DNA of 64,000 nucleotides from Azolla caroliniana (taxonomy: Eukaryota > Plantae > Polypodiophyta): positions 4,030,001 through 4,094,000 of the forward strand of contig JBHGNT010000022.1 of the NCBI GenBank assembly GCA_043228905.1, read 5' to 3'. The stretch's first letter is position 1. Every line of letters begins with the position of its first letter. Below, in pieces: positions 11,788-25,105 of the stretch. A model generated the notes under the pieces. The model was not told the DNA's origin, searched no databases, and saw nothing but the letters and a program-made list of their open reading frames with translations. The position numbers and the translations under genes were made by a program.

Positions 11788-14781
11788 CCATGTTCGGTCA
11801 CTTCCAGGACGTGTCCGGAATCGTCTTCTCGGCATCCCTTCCTTTCTCGTCCGAGACCCTCGTGGTCCCGCCCCTTCTATACGCACGCGCGTAATAACGC
11901 GACATATTTGGTGAACCCGACGTGAAGGGCGGCAAGGAGGATGGAGCTAGAATAAGACGACTTCGCGCAACTTTCTGTCGAAGCGGTGAGGGAGTTTGGA
12001 CGAGCAACAACAAGACGAGAGACGGCGCAGCAAGCGGTTGAGCGAGTGGTCGAAAGAGTCGGCCGTTTCAACGAGGACAAAGTCCCATCTTACTTGGAAG
12101 CTTACAACGTGGAAATGGAGGAGCGAGACGTGGACGAAGCATTGAGGTTGGAGTTCTTCTGTCGGGCCGTCGACGTCCGTACACACACGGAAGTGAAGGA
12201 GCTCCGAGAAGCTCATAGTTCGTGGGAGGCCTTTGAAGAGGCGCTCCTGCAAGCATATGGAGGACGACGGAAGAGCCGGGGACGACGCGACTTCGACCAG
12301 TGGGTTGCATCGGCGAAGACCCACCGGGGCGCAATGAAGGCGTTCCGGAGCGGGAACAAGGTCTGCTCGGTTCCCGGAGCGGGAACAAGGTTTGGTGGGG
12401 GTGGACAAAGTCTTGTTGTTCGTCAGGTCGATCGACCGAGCGGAATGGGAGGCCATCAGGATTGAGCTCGAAGATGAGGACGGAGCGAATGGCCTCACCA
12501 AGGACTGGTCGAAGGTCGGAAGGCTATGCCAACGGTTAGATGACGAGCGAGCCGAGAAGGCTAAAATGGAGGTGCGCGATGGCGTGCCATCATAGCGGGA
12601 AGAGGTCGAACGGCAAAGACAATCGTCAAGGCCCAGCTTCGCGGCTAGGATTGCGGAGGCATCCGCAGCCCTCGAGGAGATGCTCGAGGATGAAGAAAGA
12701 ACGAGGTTGCAAGCCAACGCCGAGGAGACGAGCTTGCCCCACGAGACGGCAGAAGACCGGTACGACGGTACCACGGGAGAGGGTGCGAAACAAAACGCCC
12801 TCTCGACATGCGGAGATAGAACGGCTGAGGACGAGGCCGAGATACCGATCGCAGGATCGGAACGTTGGGACCGGCGGTTTTGGGCACGTCAGCCCGAAAC
12901 TCCGGACATTGCAGAAGCAAGCCCAGCCAGGGCTTGCGCGATTGGTCTCACGAGGATCCTCACACTGATCTGGCGGTCGGCTCGAGTACCAGCGTGAGTC
13001 CTATAGGAAAGGACGGTGGCGGCAGGTGAACATGATCGAACGACGGGAAGCAAAGCGAAAGGAGGTATGAGGCTGGCAAGGCGGCCCCGAACGGGATACG
13101 GGCCCGACCGGTAGGGTCGGCAAGACAAAGATCGGACGCGCTTGGTACGCGAGTCGGTGACCCAACAAAACGGAGGCTCGAGAAGGATCCTTCACATCTA
13201 CCCGGAGACCCCGGTTGTTCAGCCGACATGGCAACGTGAGACCGACGGTAATGGAAGGTGGCGGCAAGAGGGAAAAGGTGGCAACATCAGAGGCACCGAC
13301 CAGCCAAGGCGTTACGAGAACGAAGGAGGCCATGCGGGCTAGGACGCGGCAAGGGTGATCTTCCGATAAGCTGTCGAGAACACTCGGTTAAGGAGCGGTG
13401 TGCCGAGCCGGGAAGGGCACACCCGAAAGCAGAACGGAAGGCGTGCGTGTGGCCACCGAGGGCCAAAGCAAAGCACGAGTACAGGATGGTGCTCGGCACA
13501 GATGGTGCCGAGCAAGGAAGGCGGAAGACGACACATGGCAGTGTCAGAAACGCGAACACGGGCACGCGCAAACAGACTACGCAGAATGGAGACCGGAACA
13601 AGGTAGATGGCCGGAGAGGGATCCTCCACATCAGGTCCTGGAGATCATGGTAGTTCAAGCCGACGTGGCAATGTAAGACCAAGGAGAAGGAAGGTGGCGG
13701 CGAGGGGACGACGGCAAGCAGAATGCTCCAAACCGGTAGCAGCGCGAGACGAAAGTGGCCAAGCGGGCTACTACGGGGTGTTCCTCGGATGCGGAGGACA
13801 CTAGTATGCGGAGAAGCGGCAATGCACGATCCGGTCGGGCGAGGACCAACGACGCGTGCATAGGGCGAAGCCGGAGAGCGAAGTTTAAGCTAGGGTCGGT
13901 CTTCTCCGGCAAGAGTCTATTTTGGCGCATACCGGTGGATGCGCGGTTAGGTGGGGGCAGATGTCGCGGAGAAAACCGTCCCTAGACGGAATCGAAGAAT
14001 ATCGGGAGAATCGGCGATGTGCACCATGTGCACTTACCCTTGTAAAAACGTGTGAATAATAGGAGTTAAGTCGGGACAGAGGATCCCATGTATAAGGGAT
14101 TTATCCCACATTGTAACGAATCTCCCTCCTTGTTCTATAAAAGGAAGGGAGCGCCTCTTGTGAAAGGGTTGCCCATTTTGATTCGTAAGGGTATACCGTT
14201 TTGTGTTTTCCTTTCTAGGGTTAGCTTCATTCTTCCTTCTTTGTCTTCTCCTTCTCGAGAAAACGAGCTACAGCTATGGCGGCAAAGCTGTTAGGTTAGC
14301 TTCTCTTCTTCTAAGCGTAGCCGGCTCGCGTTCGTGGTAGTATCTTTCCCCCTTTGTAGGGTTACTTCGGCTCGGCCTCTTGTGCAAGACCCCGCTCGGC
14401 GCAACAAGCCCAAGAGCTCCCGACGGCAGCTTGGTGGCAGGCAGCTGTTGCGACCTAGCTTACCTCAGTCCGGTTCGGGGCCGGAGTTGTAACTCTTCCA
14501 TTGTAATATATATATATGTTTGGTTGTGCACATCCGTGTCTCTGGTAGTGTCGGGTGTTTCCACCCCTTTTGTTTCCTGTGCATAAGAGTTGGTGTAGCG
14601 CACGTGCGGTCTCTCTCTCTTCTTTCTTTCTTTCTTTGTTTCTCTCTCTCTCTCTCTCTCTCCCCCGTGTTCGGTCGCTTCTGGGACGCGTCCGGAATCA
14701 TCTTCTCGGCATCCCTTCCTCTCTCGTCCGAGAACCCCGTGGTCCCGCCCCTTCTACACGCACGTGCGTAATAACGCAACA
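11067..14781 (+). mobile_element. Complete non-autonomous gag-only LTR element (family B2), tRNA-Trp PBS, 4-bp TSD GCGT/ACGT
   Basis: LTRs 11067-11904 and 13962-14781. PBS TGGTGAACCCGACGTGA at 11909-11925. Degenerate gag 11940-12600 homologous to 22286-21730. PPT at 13947-13961. No PR, RT or IN motifs. Confidence 0.9.
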
Positions 14782-15932
14782 ACGTATTGGCTTGTACTTT
14801 ATCGAACACATCAACATAATGATGATACTTCTTTGGAAGTTGAACGGTGGACTCCTCTTTAGTGGTGTCGGGGGGTTTTACTGATATTGCAAAGAGAAAC
14901 ATTTCTTCCTTGCATCCTTCTTCCCGCAATTGATGTAGAGAAATGGTTGCAATGTTATGAGTAGATCATCGGGCTTGTCGATACTAGATTTCTCTTGTTC
15001 TCCAATCTATGTCTGGGTTATGTAATTCGAACCATGGTAATACTAAAACAATGGGATGTTCTAGGATACTAATTATATTAAATGATACTACACATGCTAG
15101 AATATCTAGGACAATATTAACGGGCGTTGACTCTTCTATGATATTTCCGGAAGCAATGGGATGACCATCAATGACTACTAGAGAGGCTGGACACGGGAGT
15201 TTTCTGAGAGATATCTGATGAGCTTGGGCAAAATTCCTATCCATGAAGCAAGAATTAGCTCTGGAATCTAGAAGTGCTAAGACACGTACTGGAGGGGTAC
15301 GTTTAGTGCTAACTATTACTTGGGCTACAAACGTATTGCTAACTTGCTTAGAGGGAATGGAACCACTAATGGGTTGCACAGATCTAGGTGTTGGGGACAA
15401 GGCCATCAATGCGGAAGTGCAAGAAACATTTGTGCAAGACACGGCGGGAGAGAGAGAGAGAGAGAGAGAGAGGCACAAAGGAAACGTTCTATTCTAATAG
15501 CAACAGTTACAAATGACAACCAACCTTCACTAAAGGTTACAAAGTCACTTTATATAGTGACTATCCTAGGGCAACTGCCCTTTATGCTATTTACATAAAT
15601 AGCCCGAATTTGGGTTGTCCAAAGGAACAGTGTGAATACGGCCATTATACACTCGTATTCGACACTAGGGTTGTCCAACCAAACGGCTCCTATTTTGGCT
15701 GGACTTAGTCATTTAACTCTTCTTCTAACTGACTAAGGACAACAAATTGGTTCGCTAGATTTGGGCTATTAGTACTATTAGGAGTATTAGATATTCCTAC
15801 TGAAATAGACTCCAGTTTAGTACAATTATAACTAGCAACTATTTGGTTTACTGTCTTCTTAGCCTATGGGGACAATTTACTCCAATATGCCCTGGTCCAC
15901 CGCAATAAAGACATAGTCGATTTGCTCGACGT
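14782..15932 (-). pseudogene. Chromovirus gag zinc knuckle and aspartic protease region, interrupted by a solo LTR
   Basis: CLYCGGPGHIGVNC; ALLDSRANSCF; IVLVLPWFELHNPDIDW. Confidence 0.88.
15389..15664. repeat. Short solo LTR (TSD CTAGG), related to the LTR at 63745-63957
   Basis: TGTTGGGG...TATTCGACA flanked by CTAGG at 15384-15388 and 15665-15669; shares GTGAATACGGCCATTATAC with ~63925. Confidence 0.85.
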
Positions 15933-18900
15933 TGTCGCGTTGGTACGCGCGTGCGTGGAGAACAAGGCGGGACCACTAGGGTCTTGGACCGAGGAATAGG
16001 TGAGAAGAGGGAGAGAGAGAGAGAGAGAGAGCAAGAGACGCTCACACACGTATAGACAAAGAAGCGCACGGGGACGCGGCCCAACAATACAGGAGACACG
16101 AGTTGAGAACGCTAGCGTATGTATATAAATATGTGTATGTATTTGTATGTATGCAGACGACTTGAACGGTTACAGCCGATCAGGTCGGCGAGATGGATGC
16201 CGATGCTTGATCACCCACGCACACAAGAGAGCAAGATGCAGATTCTGCCGGAAGCACACTGGCGTTCCACAGAGCAGGATCAACCTCCTGAGAACCTACG
16301 CAAAAGAAAGCTATGGAGAACGACAGAGAAGAAGAGTTCGGTCCCAGTCCGACAGCACTTCGTTCCCTCTAGCGCGCGATACCCTTTCTCCCCCGTCTCC
16401 CTCTCTTTTATAGCTCAAGGAGGGAGGCCATTTCACCCGTTTACATCACATTAATTCTCTGTCCTTTCGGACAGAGATTCTCCTCGATTTCCCCTATAGA
16501 ATATTGCTACCTAGGATTTGACCTTTGTGCCTACCTATCTACTATACAACAAGGGGTGTGCCCACGTGTAAGGGCCGGTTCACACACACTATACACGGTT
16601 TGCGCCTGGGGACGGTTTTCTTCACGACATCCGCCCCCACCTAACCGCGCATCCACGGGTATGCGCCAAAATTGGGTTCCTACGGGAGAAAACCGATCCA
16701 TGCTTTTATTCCTCGTTTACCGGTTCATCCTCCGCCTCGGGCTACTCGTCGTTGTTGTCCATGCCCCCTAGCTCCAGCTCACCGTCGTGTCATTTCTTGA
16801 ACGCTTTGATCCTCTTCCCCGCTACCGGTATCGCCATTCTCGTACCGTCGAGCTCCGCGAGATGGTACGTCCCATTGTCGTTGGTGCCTATTACTACGTA
16901 AGGCCCGAACCACCTCCTCACAAACTTCTGTGTGGCCCTGTGCTGATTGTCGAGGTTGTTGTCGTAGACTAGCACCCAGTCGCCTTCCTCGATCTTCCTT
17001 GGCCGGAGCCGGTGCGTTCGGTCGAACCGGGCTTTGTTCCTTATCCTCGCTACCCGAAGTTTCTCCGTGGCTCGCTCTACGTCCTCCGGCCTCCGCTCGA
17101 GCTGTTGAATCCGCGCTGCCAACAGTTCCTCCCGATTCATCTCATCCCTCTAGTCCACCGTGGCCCACGAGGAGATCGTTCGCTCTGTTGGCATGATCGG
17201 CTTCTGTCCGAACATAAGCTCGGCCGGCATGAACCCGGTTACCGAACTGTGCGTAGTCCGGTCCGCCCACAAGGCATAAGGTAGCAGTCGTGGCCAGTTC
17301 CCAACTTGGCCTCCACACGCCCGTACTAGCGCTTTGACAATTGGCCTGTGTCCGCGCTCCACCTTCCCGTTCGCCTCCGGATTGTACGTTGTGGTGAGCG
17401 AAAGTTTGACTCCTAGCCGGTTGAACAACTCTTTGGCCTCTTCTGCGTTCAACTCACCACGGTCAGCCACGATCTTCCCTACGCACCCGTATCGGCATAC
17501 CACGTCCTCAATCAAAAACCGGCATACGGTTGCAGTCGTCTTGTTCTGCAGGACTCGGCCTTCAACCTGGTTTGTTAGATCCTCCCGAGCCAGCACCAAA
17601 TACCGCATCTGTCCTACCCCCATTGGCATCGTCACCAAATCCACCATTCATTTGAAGTGGACGGTCGGAGGGTAGGTCGGGTGAAGCTCGTCCCGGTGTC
17701 GGATCATGGAGTGGACCCGGCAGCTTTCGCAAGTCGTCACGAACTGATGCACGTCCCGGTATAGTCCCGGCCACCAGTACTTCCCTTTTAGCTTTTCGAA
17801 CATTGCCCGCGTTCCACGATTTCTAGCCCAAGGACTATCGTGGTACACCGCCAGCAAATCCTCCTGTTCCTCCTTCTTCGCCACCACTCGGAGCGGGATG
17901 TCGTTCCTCTTCTTCGGGTGCTTCCATATGTACCCGTCCCGGAGAAAGAATCCGTAGGCTTTCTTCCGAATCCGGTTGGCCTCGTCCGTTGTCCATGCCG
18001 CATCCGGTGTCATTGTTTTCAGGAACCCACCGATCTGCAGCCACTCCCCGTCGTACTTGCTCTCGTCAAAATCATTAAGCGTTGGAGTGCATTCCCTGTT
18101 GGTTGTTACGTGAGCCGCCTTGAAGAAGTTCACGCCGACTTCCTCATCCTCCGAAACCATGCCGCCCTCGTTTTCAAACCTCGCCCTTCAAAGCATGTCG
18201 GCCATGGCATTGTCTTTCCCGGAAATGTGTCGTATTTCCGGATTCAGGGACTTGATGTACGCTATCCACCTGAGCATTGCCAGGTCCAGCGTCGCACATC
18301 CTGAAACCATGACAAGAATTGGCAGGTAGTCTGTCTCGATAATTACCTCTGCCCCGATCAGGTAGTCTTTATCGGTCTTTACCGCCGAAACGATACCCCA
18401 GAGCTTGCGTTTAACCTGTGCGTATCCTCGTTGTCGCTCGCTGAGGACCTTCGCACCGAACCGGATCGGGAAACGCATGTCGTCCTCATCCTCTTCGTTG
18501 ACGACCCATCCGATCCCGGTCGGACTCGTGTCTATCGTTACGTAAATTGGAGTGTCCCTTCCGTAGATAGCCTTTCGGAGCGCCGGAGCTGCGGCAAGTG
18601 CTTCCTTCATCTTTCGAACAGACTCCACTCCGTATGCTCGTCTCTCCACTCGAATTTTCGCCCCTTTTTCAGCAACCCGTATAACGGCTCCGCGAGGTGA
18701 GCGTAATGTGGGATCCATATGTGGTAGAACACGCACGCTCCCAAGAACCTCCGAACCTCCGTGACCGAGCTACAGTCGTCCTTCATCGCGGAGATGGCTT
18801 CTACCTTAGCCGGAGACGATTTCCGGCCGTACGACCCGCATAGGTGTCTGACGACCATGATCTCTGATTGCCTGAAGGCCGATTTTCCCCCGGAGAAGGT

Positions 18901-21900
18901 GAGCCTCGCATCCTCCAACCTCTGCAGCACCTTCTCGCAGTCATCGATGTGTGTCGCCACGAATTTCCGGCACCCGTCCGGTCCGATCGTCTCGTCCCTT
19001 TCCTCCACCGGGCATCCCTTGATCGGGACGTCGTCCAGAAACGGCATGGTGATGTCCGGGATACAATCCCTCAGCACCTTGTTCATTGCGTTCACCATGT
19101 GAGCCACCAAGTTCGTCCCTCCTTGTGGTAGGGTACACATCCGTACTAGGCCGAGAGGAGTTCGCATTGTCGTGATGTCTCTGCTCTCTATGGCCAGCTG
19201 GAACTTATCGTACCCTGAGTAGAGATCACCGACCGAGTAAATCGACCTTCCGGCGAAGGCCTCCACGAACTCGTCTAATGTCGGTCCGATTCCTGCGTTT
19301 CGAATGGTCACCTTGTTGACCGGCTGTAGGTTTTGAATAAAGCGCAGCGTGCTGTCCTTCTTCGGCACGGTAAACCACCGATTCGAGTATGGGGCACTCG
19401 ATGGTTCGAGGATTCCCATCTCGACCTTCTGCTTTAACAGCTCCATCAGCTTCGAGATGTGAGCTCTGGGTACTGGAATCGGTTTGAGACTCCACGGCAC
19501 ATGCGGTACTGTGAATATCACCATCGGTTCCACGACTGTCGGGTCTACGCACCTGATCTCCTCCGGTGAGAATGCGAAAGCCTTCTTGTGCCTTCCGAGC
19601 ATTCCCCGAAAACGGTCCTCTTCCGCCAGCAGTAGGAAGCCGCCCCCACCGATTTTGAGCTCGCGCAGCGTTATGTCGGTGAACGTGTGTCCTATGCGGG
19701 CCGGATTTCCTAAACTCGGGTCTGACGCAACCCCCTTTATTCACAACTCGCTGCCCTCCGGCAAGGGAGCCGCGACTAGCCTCACCTTCCAGTCCATAGT
19801 CTTGTACCTCGTGTCCACCCGGGCCATCCGATCCGACTCGAGCCCTCTACTGAAGTCCGTGATGACTTCGTACATCCTTTCCGAACATACCGGAATCGTC
19901 CGGTCCTCTTTAAGGACTCCTCCGACTACCTCTCGCAGCTCCCCCAAGGTATCGTCGAAAGAGACCGCCTCCACGGCTCCGTTGATTTCCTCTCCAAGGC
20001 CGAGGACACCACATGCCCGAAGTTGCTCCTCCGCCCTTTTCTTCTTCCGGCCAACAACGTCGATTATCGTACACCCTCCGTTGTCGGAGAACCAAAATTT
20101 CCTACTTATAGTACAGGTCTTCTTCGCTATCGTACACTTGTGGGGTTTTCCCGGAGTGTCCAGACTATCGCGGCCCCACGCCTTGATAGCCCTCTCTAAA
20201 AATCCTCTCGGCTTTCGCCCCCAAGGGTCTCGCTGTTCCGCTCATGGTTTGGTCTCACCGTCAGGAACTGGACCGAGTGACGCCCATCCTGGCTCTTGAC
20301 CCTTGAATAGGCCGAGCCGTTGTCCAGCACCTTGGTCTCCATCCGTGTTGCCGTGATGTACGGTTCTCCTAGTATAACCGGATGTGAGGACGTCTCCTGC
20401 ACGAAGAAGTGTTGGTCAATCTCGACATCGCCGATCTTTACTCATACATTCGGGCAGGCGCCATGCAGTTCTTCGGTGGCACGCGTCACTGCCCGTATTT
20501 TCCACCCGTGCTTGGTGTTGATCGGCCATTTCCCCTTCTTATAGAAGTCCATGGACATCAAATTGATTTCTGAACCGTGGTCCACCAACGCCACCACCAG
20601 TTCATGAACATCGCCGATCTTCACGGGGGTCTCCGTGGTCGCTCTGGCCCTCCGCCAACTCGTCTTCCAATGCCATGTCCTCTATGTGCGTCGTCCGCAC
20701 CTCCACCAGCTTCTCCGGTTCTGTCTCCGTCGACAGCCTCTTCCTCTTCACCAAGTCTACGATGGAGTCGTGGAACTCCTTCTTGGCGATCCCGAGCACT
20801 TCCCTCAGCGACAGTTCCACCTTGTTGTCGAGGATTCGTTCTTCCAGGACCTTTCGCAGGTCCGTGGATCTTTCGATTTCTGTGCCCAGCCGGTACCCGC
20901 CCCTCTTACGATTATCCTGGGCGTCGGTTACACCGGCCTCATTTCGTCTTTGCCCGAATCGAGTTTCATATCGTTGTGAGGGCCTGGCCCCTCGGGTTTT
21001 CCCTACCCGCTTGTCCTCCACTAGAGCCTCGTAGTTTTGACAAGCGGCTTCGACGAAGCCCGTCTTTTCTTCCACCCGGTCACCTCCCGGACCCGTTTTT
21101 CCACGCAGTCCACCTCTTCTTTCCTTAGTCGTGCGCCAGCGAGGCCTTCAAGCATCATCGGCCAGAACCCGGCTTTGTTCGTCTTCGGGGCTTCGCCACC
21201 TCCGACCCGAATACCAGCTGACGCCGAGTAGTGGACGGTCTCTGCGTGACGAGCCGCCGCCTCCTCCATCAGCCTTTTCATACCCCCTCACCCGACGTTC
21301 AGGTCCAGGGGCCTTCGGGTTTCGCTGGCGTGTACCCGACCGTTCCACAGGTACACCACTTTGCTTCTCATCGCCTCGGCGAAGTCCCCGCAGTCCTTCT
21401 GGATGTGGCCAACCGCGTCACACCACATGCACCTGTTTCCAGCCAAAGGTCGTCGGTCATGGCCCTGTCCACTACCGTCCCTCCGTGCCTGGGCGATCTG
21501 AAGATCCTTTACCATCCGCGTCAGTTCCTCCAAAGCTGCTCCCCCGGACGAGCCCTTGACCATGTCGGTCGAAGCCGATCCGGTCTCGAGCCAATCTCGG
21601 GTCTCTTCCCTTCGCGTTGGTGGTGTTGGCTCGAGTTTCCTCGTTGTGACAGAGCCCACCCATGTCGATCCTTTGTCAACCCATTCCCGTCGTTTGTCGA
21701 AACGGCCACAGACCCTTTTCACCACGGCCTAGTCGGTCGTTAGCCCGTCATCAGTCTCCAATAGGAGGCCTACCTGCTCCCGATCCCGCTCATCAACTGA
21801 CTTAACAAACAATAGGACACGGCTTGTGTCCAGAACGGTCCGGTCAAGCACCGAGAGGCGCACAAAGCGTTCCTCAAACTCCCGGAGGAGCACCGACGCA

Positions 21901-23036
21901 TTCCTTCCTTTGTCGGGGGTCTCCACCCACTCCATGAAGTCCCACTTCGAAAGTCGAAGCGCATCTTCAAGCCCGTATTTTTCGAGGAGCCGACCTTCGA
22001 ACTCCTCCCAGGTCCAGCTCTCGGCCCGTACCTCGAGCACCTCCGTATGGATACCTGGCATCGCCACTCAAGGGAATCCGGCTAGACGCCTCTCTTCCGG
22101 AATGTCCCTCATTACCATCTCCGCCCGGTAGGACGCCAAGTAGCTCGTGGCATCCTTCCCACTAAACCGGCCGATCGTACCGACAACCGCCTCGATAGCC
22201 CTATCAAGGGCGCCGGTGCCTTCGCGCGCACTCACTATATGGTCCATAGCCGAAGCCATGGCTTCTGCAAGGTCCGACCCCTTCATCTTCTACTCCTCTG
22301 CCGCCTGTTCACGTCGGGTTCACCAAATATGTCGCGTTGGTACACGCGTGCGTGGAGAACAAGGCGGGACCACTGGGCTCTTGGACCGAGGAATAGGTGA
22401 GAAGAGGGAGAGAGAGAGAGAGAGAGAGAGCAAGAGAGCGAGAGACGCTCACACACGTATAGACAAAGAAGCGCACAGGGACGCGGCCCAACAACACAGG
22501 AGACACGAGTTGAGAACGCTAGCGTATGTATATAAATATGTGTATGTATTTGTATGTATGCAGACGACTCGAACGGTTACAGCCGATCAGGTCAGCGAGA
22601 TGGATGCCGACGCCTGATCACCCACGCACACAGGAGAGCAAGATGGAGATTCTGCCGGAAGCACATGGGCGTTCCACAGAGCAGGATCAGCCTCCTAAGA
22701 ACCTACGCAAAAGAAAGCTATGGAGAACGACAGAGAAGAAGAGCTCGGTCCCAGTCCGACAACACTTTGTTCCCTCTAGCGCGCGATACCCTCTCTCCCC
22801 CGTCTCCCTCTCTTTTATAGCTCAAGGAGGGAGGCCGTTTCACCCGTTTACATCACATTAATTCTCTGTCCTTTCGGACAGAGATTCTCCTCGATTTCCC
22901 CTATAGAATATTGCTACCTAGGATTTGACCTTTGTGCCTACCTATCTACTAAACAACAAGGGGCGTGCCCACGTGTAAGGGCCGGTTCACACACACTATA
23001 CACGGTTTGCGCCTGGGAACGGTTTTCTTCACGACA
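15933..23036 (-). mobile_element. Full-length non-chromovirus Ty3/gypsy (family B1, possibly Phygy-like), tRNA-Trp PBS, 4-bp TSD ACGT
   Basis: LTRs 15933-16629 and 22330-23036. PBS 22309-22325 on -. PPT ~16630-16646. ACGT flanks both ends inside the chromovirus gag. Confidence 0.92.
16790..22286 (-). pseudogene. gag-pol of element B1: gag with CCHC knuckle, PR, RT, RNase H, integrase; multiple stops
   Basis: CMWCDAVGHIQKDC; ALVDHGSEINLM; DLYSGY..F and PFLDDVPI; IDTSPTGIG; CESC and YNPEANGKVER; RRWFGPY. Confidence 0.92.
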
Positions 23037-23899
23037 ACGTCGCTGCTTTTCTTCTTCCGATAATGGTCCACGGCGATGTGTAGTGTCAATCTCCATCGGA
23101 GTCGGAGTATTAGCTAGAGACACATTATATGACTCCCTCAGAAAAGGTTTCACTACCACTAAGGTGTAGGTGGGCTCTGATCTTGCCCTCGGCATCTGGA
23201 ATTGTCGTTCCGAACGTCGTTCGAAAAGGCGGTTGACGCATCTCACCGCGCAACTGATTTCTTCTAGTAATGACTTTGGTTCTTCGGGGAAGGTCAAGAG
23301 TAAATCCTTGACATCGTTGCGTAAACCATAACGAAATTGTTCCATTAATTCTTGATCATCCCAAGGGATATCGGCGGTGAGTAGGCGGAAATCTGTAGCG
23401 TATGCGAAGGCTGGACGATCACCTTGGCGTAATCGTCGGATTTTGTTGATTGTTTTCCTTATGTTGTCAGTATCTCCAAAACAAGCTTTAAACTCACTTA
23501 TAAATTCTTCAAAAACGTTTAGTAATGGAGATTCCTTTTCTAACAACGGAACGAACCATGCCAATGTTGAGCCACTAAGTAGAGTGCCTACTAGTCCCAC
23601 TCGTGATGCATCGTGGGATATCGAGAAGGATGCATTTGAATCACTAAACGTACCTGATTCAGAAAACCTCTAAACTATGATCAGGTCCCATCAAATTTTG
23701 CAAGAAGACTGATCTTGGGTTCTTTGTGAATCCCTTGAGTGCTTGATCCTTGTTGTTGTAGTGATACAATAGTCGCTTCAAGTTGTTGTACACGTAACGT
23801 CAGCTCCCCATGTTGTTGTTTTTCCAACGTTATTTGTTGAAGATCCCCAACAAACGGTGATTTTCTTGTTCTAGTGCTACAAATTTCTCTTTTAAGCAA
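23037..23899 (-). pseudogene. Chromovirus gag N-terminal part (retrotransposon gag / PEG10-RTL1-like)
   Basis: EPKISLLAKFDGT; LLSGSTLAWF; RLRQGDRPAFAYATDF; EQFRYGLRNDVKD; PTPMEID. Confidence 0.88.
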
Positions 23900-24089
23900 T
23901 AGAGCTCCAAGAAAACAGATTGGTATTCCTGAGCGCTAACAGTTTCCATTTTACTAGGGAGGATTAGAGGATTAGTATGAAGGGAAAACAGAGGTAAGAA
24001 GATGAGGGAAACCGGAAAGAAGACCGGAAAAAAGGGGATATGTAAGAAGATAAAAGGAAGAGGAGGAAAGGAGGAGACGGAAGGAGGGG

Positions 24090-24103
24090 AAATCGGTTCA
24101 AAC
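24090..24103 (-). promoter_or_regulatory. Non-tRNA (self-priming) primer binding site GTTTGAACCGATTT
   Basis: Abuts the 5' LTR, lacks TGG, and is complementary to LTR sequence at 31881-31892 and 5798-5809, ~26 nt downstream of TATAAAA. Confidence 0.8.
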
Positions 24104-24859
24104 TGTCAAGAATAGTGCTGAGACAGAGAAGAAATTAGTACTAAGAGAGGAATATTAGTACTAAGAGGAATAGAAGGTGTAGAACACTCAAGAGAAGGAG
24201 ATAGATAGATAGATAGATTATATTATGGTCTTCGGAGGTCAAATATGACCTATGAGACCAAAAATATTACATTTCACGTGATGTGTGAAAGTGAGTAGTG
24301 ACTCTCGATGTTCAAGAACTTTACCAATGAATGTTGCAATCGAGAGTGCACATTGTGGTTGTGAGAGGAATTCATGCAAAGATTGGGCTCGATCAAAGAG
24401 ATGTGGAAAGCATGGTCGAATATGATCAAAGGCAGAGCATTGTATCAAAGTGTGATACTCAGACTCGCGAATTTGTTTAGGGCAAAGTGTGCATAGCCGA
24501 CCACTCTCATCACTTGTACCCCAACGCCCTGTTTCACATCGCAATGCATGTGAGCTAAGTCGCATGGAAGCAATGGTTCGAATGGCAGATAACGGTATGG
24601 GCTCTAACATGTATGGATGTGTACAATTTCCCCGTTCCGCAAAGAATATGGTTTTGTACTTAGGTGCAACATGTGTAGTATAATGTGTGAAGCGTGAGCC
24701 TCCACATTTGTCCCATGTCATGATACATTGGCGTTGCAAAAATGCCTCATTTACAGAGGACTCTAATGATGCCTCATGTGTTGGGAGACAGGTCCCTCCG
24801 GATGGGAAGGGAGAAGAACAGTGCCGATGAACAAACTCGGCTGAGGCCGAAACCGTATG

Positions 24860-25105
24860 AGGAGGACCCGGCTACGGAGAGCCGGATGGTGCAGACCCGG
24901 TATGAACCGGATGAGGAGTACCCGGCTACGGAGAGCCGAATGGTGCAGACCCGGTATGAACCGGATGAGGAGTACCCGGCTACGGAGAGCCGGATGGTGC
25001 AGACTCGGTATGAACCGGATGAGGAGTACCCGGCTGTGGAGAGCCGGATGGTGCAGACCCGGTATGAACCGGATGAGGAGTACCCGGCTACGGAGAACCG
25101 GATGA
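24860..25105 (+). repeat. 54-bp tandem repeat in U3 of the 5' LTR (4 full units)
   Basis: Unit GAGCCGGATGGTGCAGACCCGGTATGAACCGGATGAGGAGTACCCGGCTACGGA. Confidence 0.92.
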
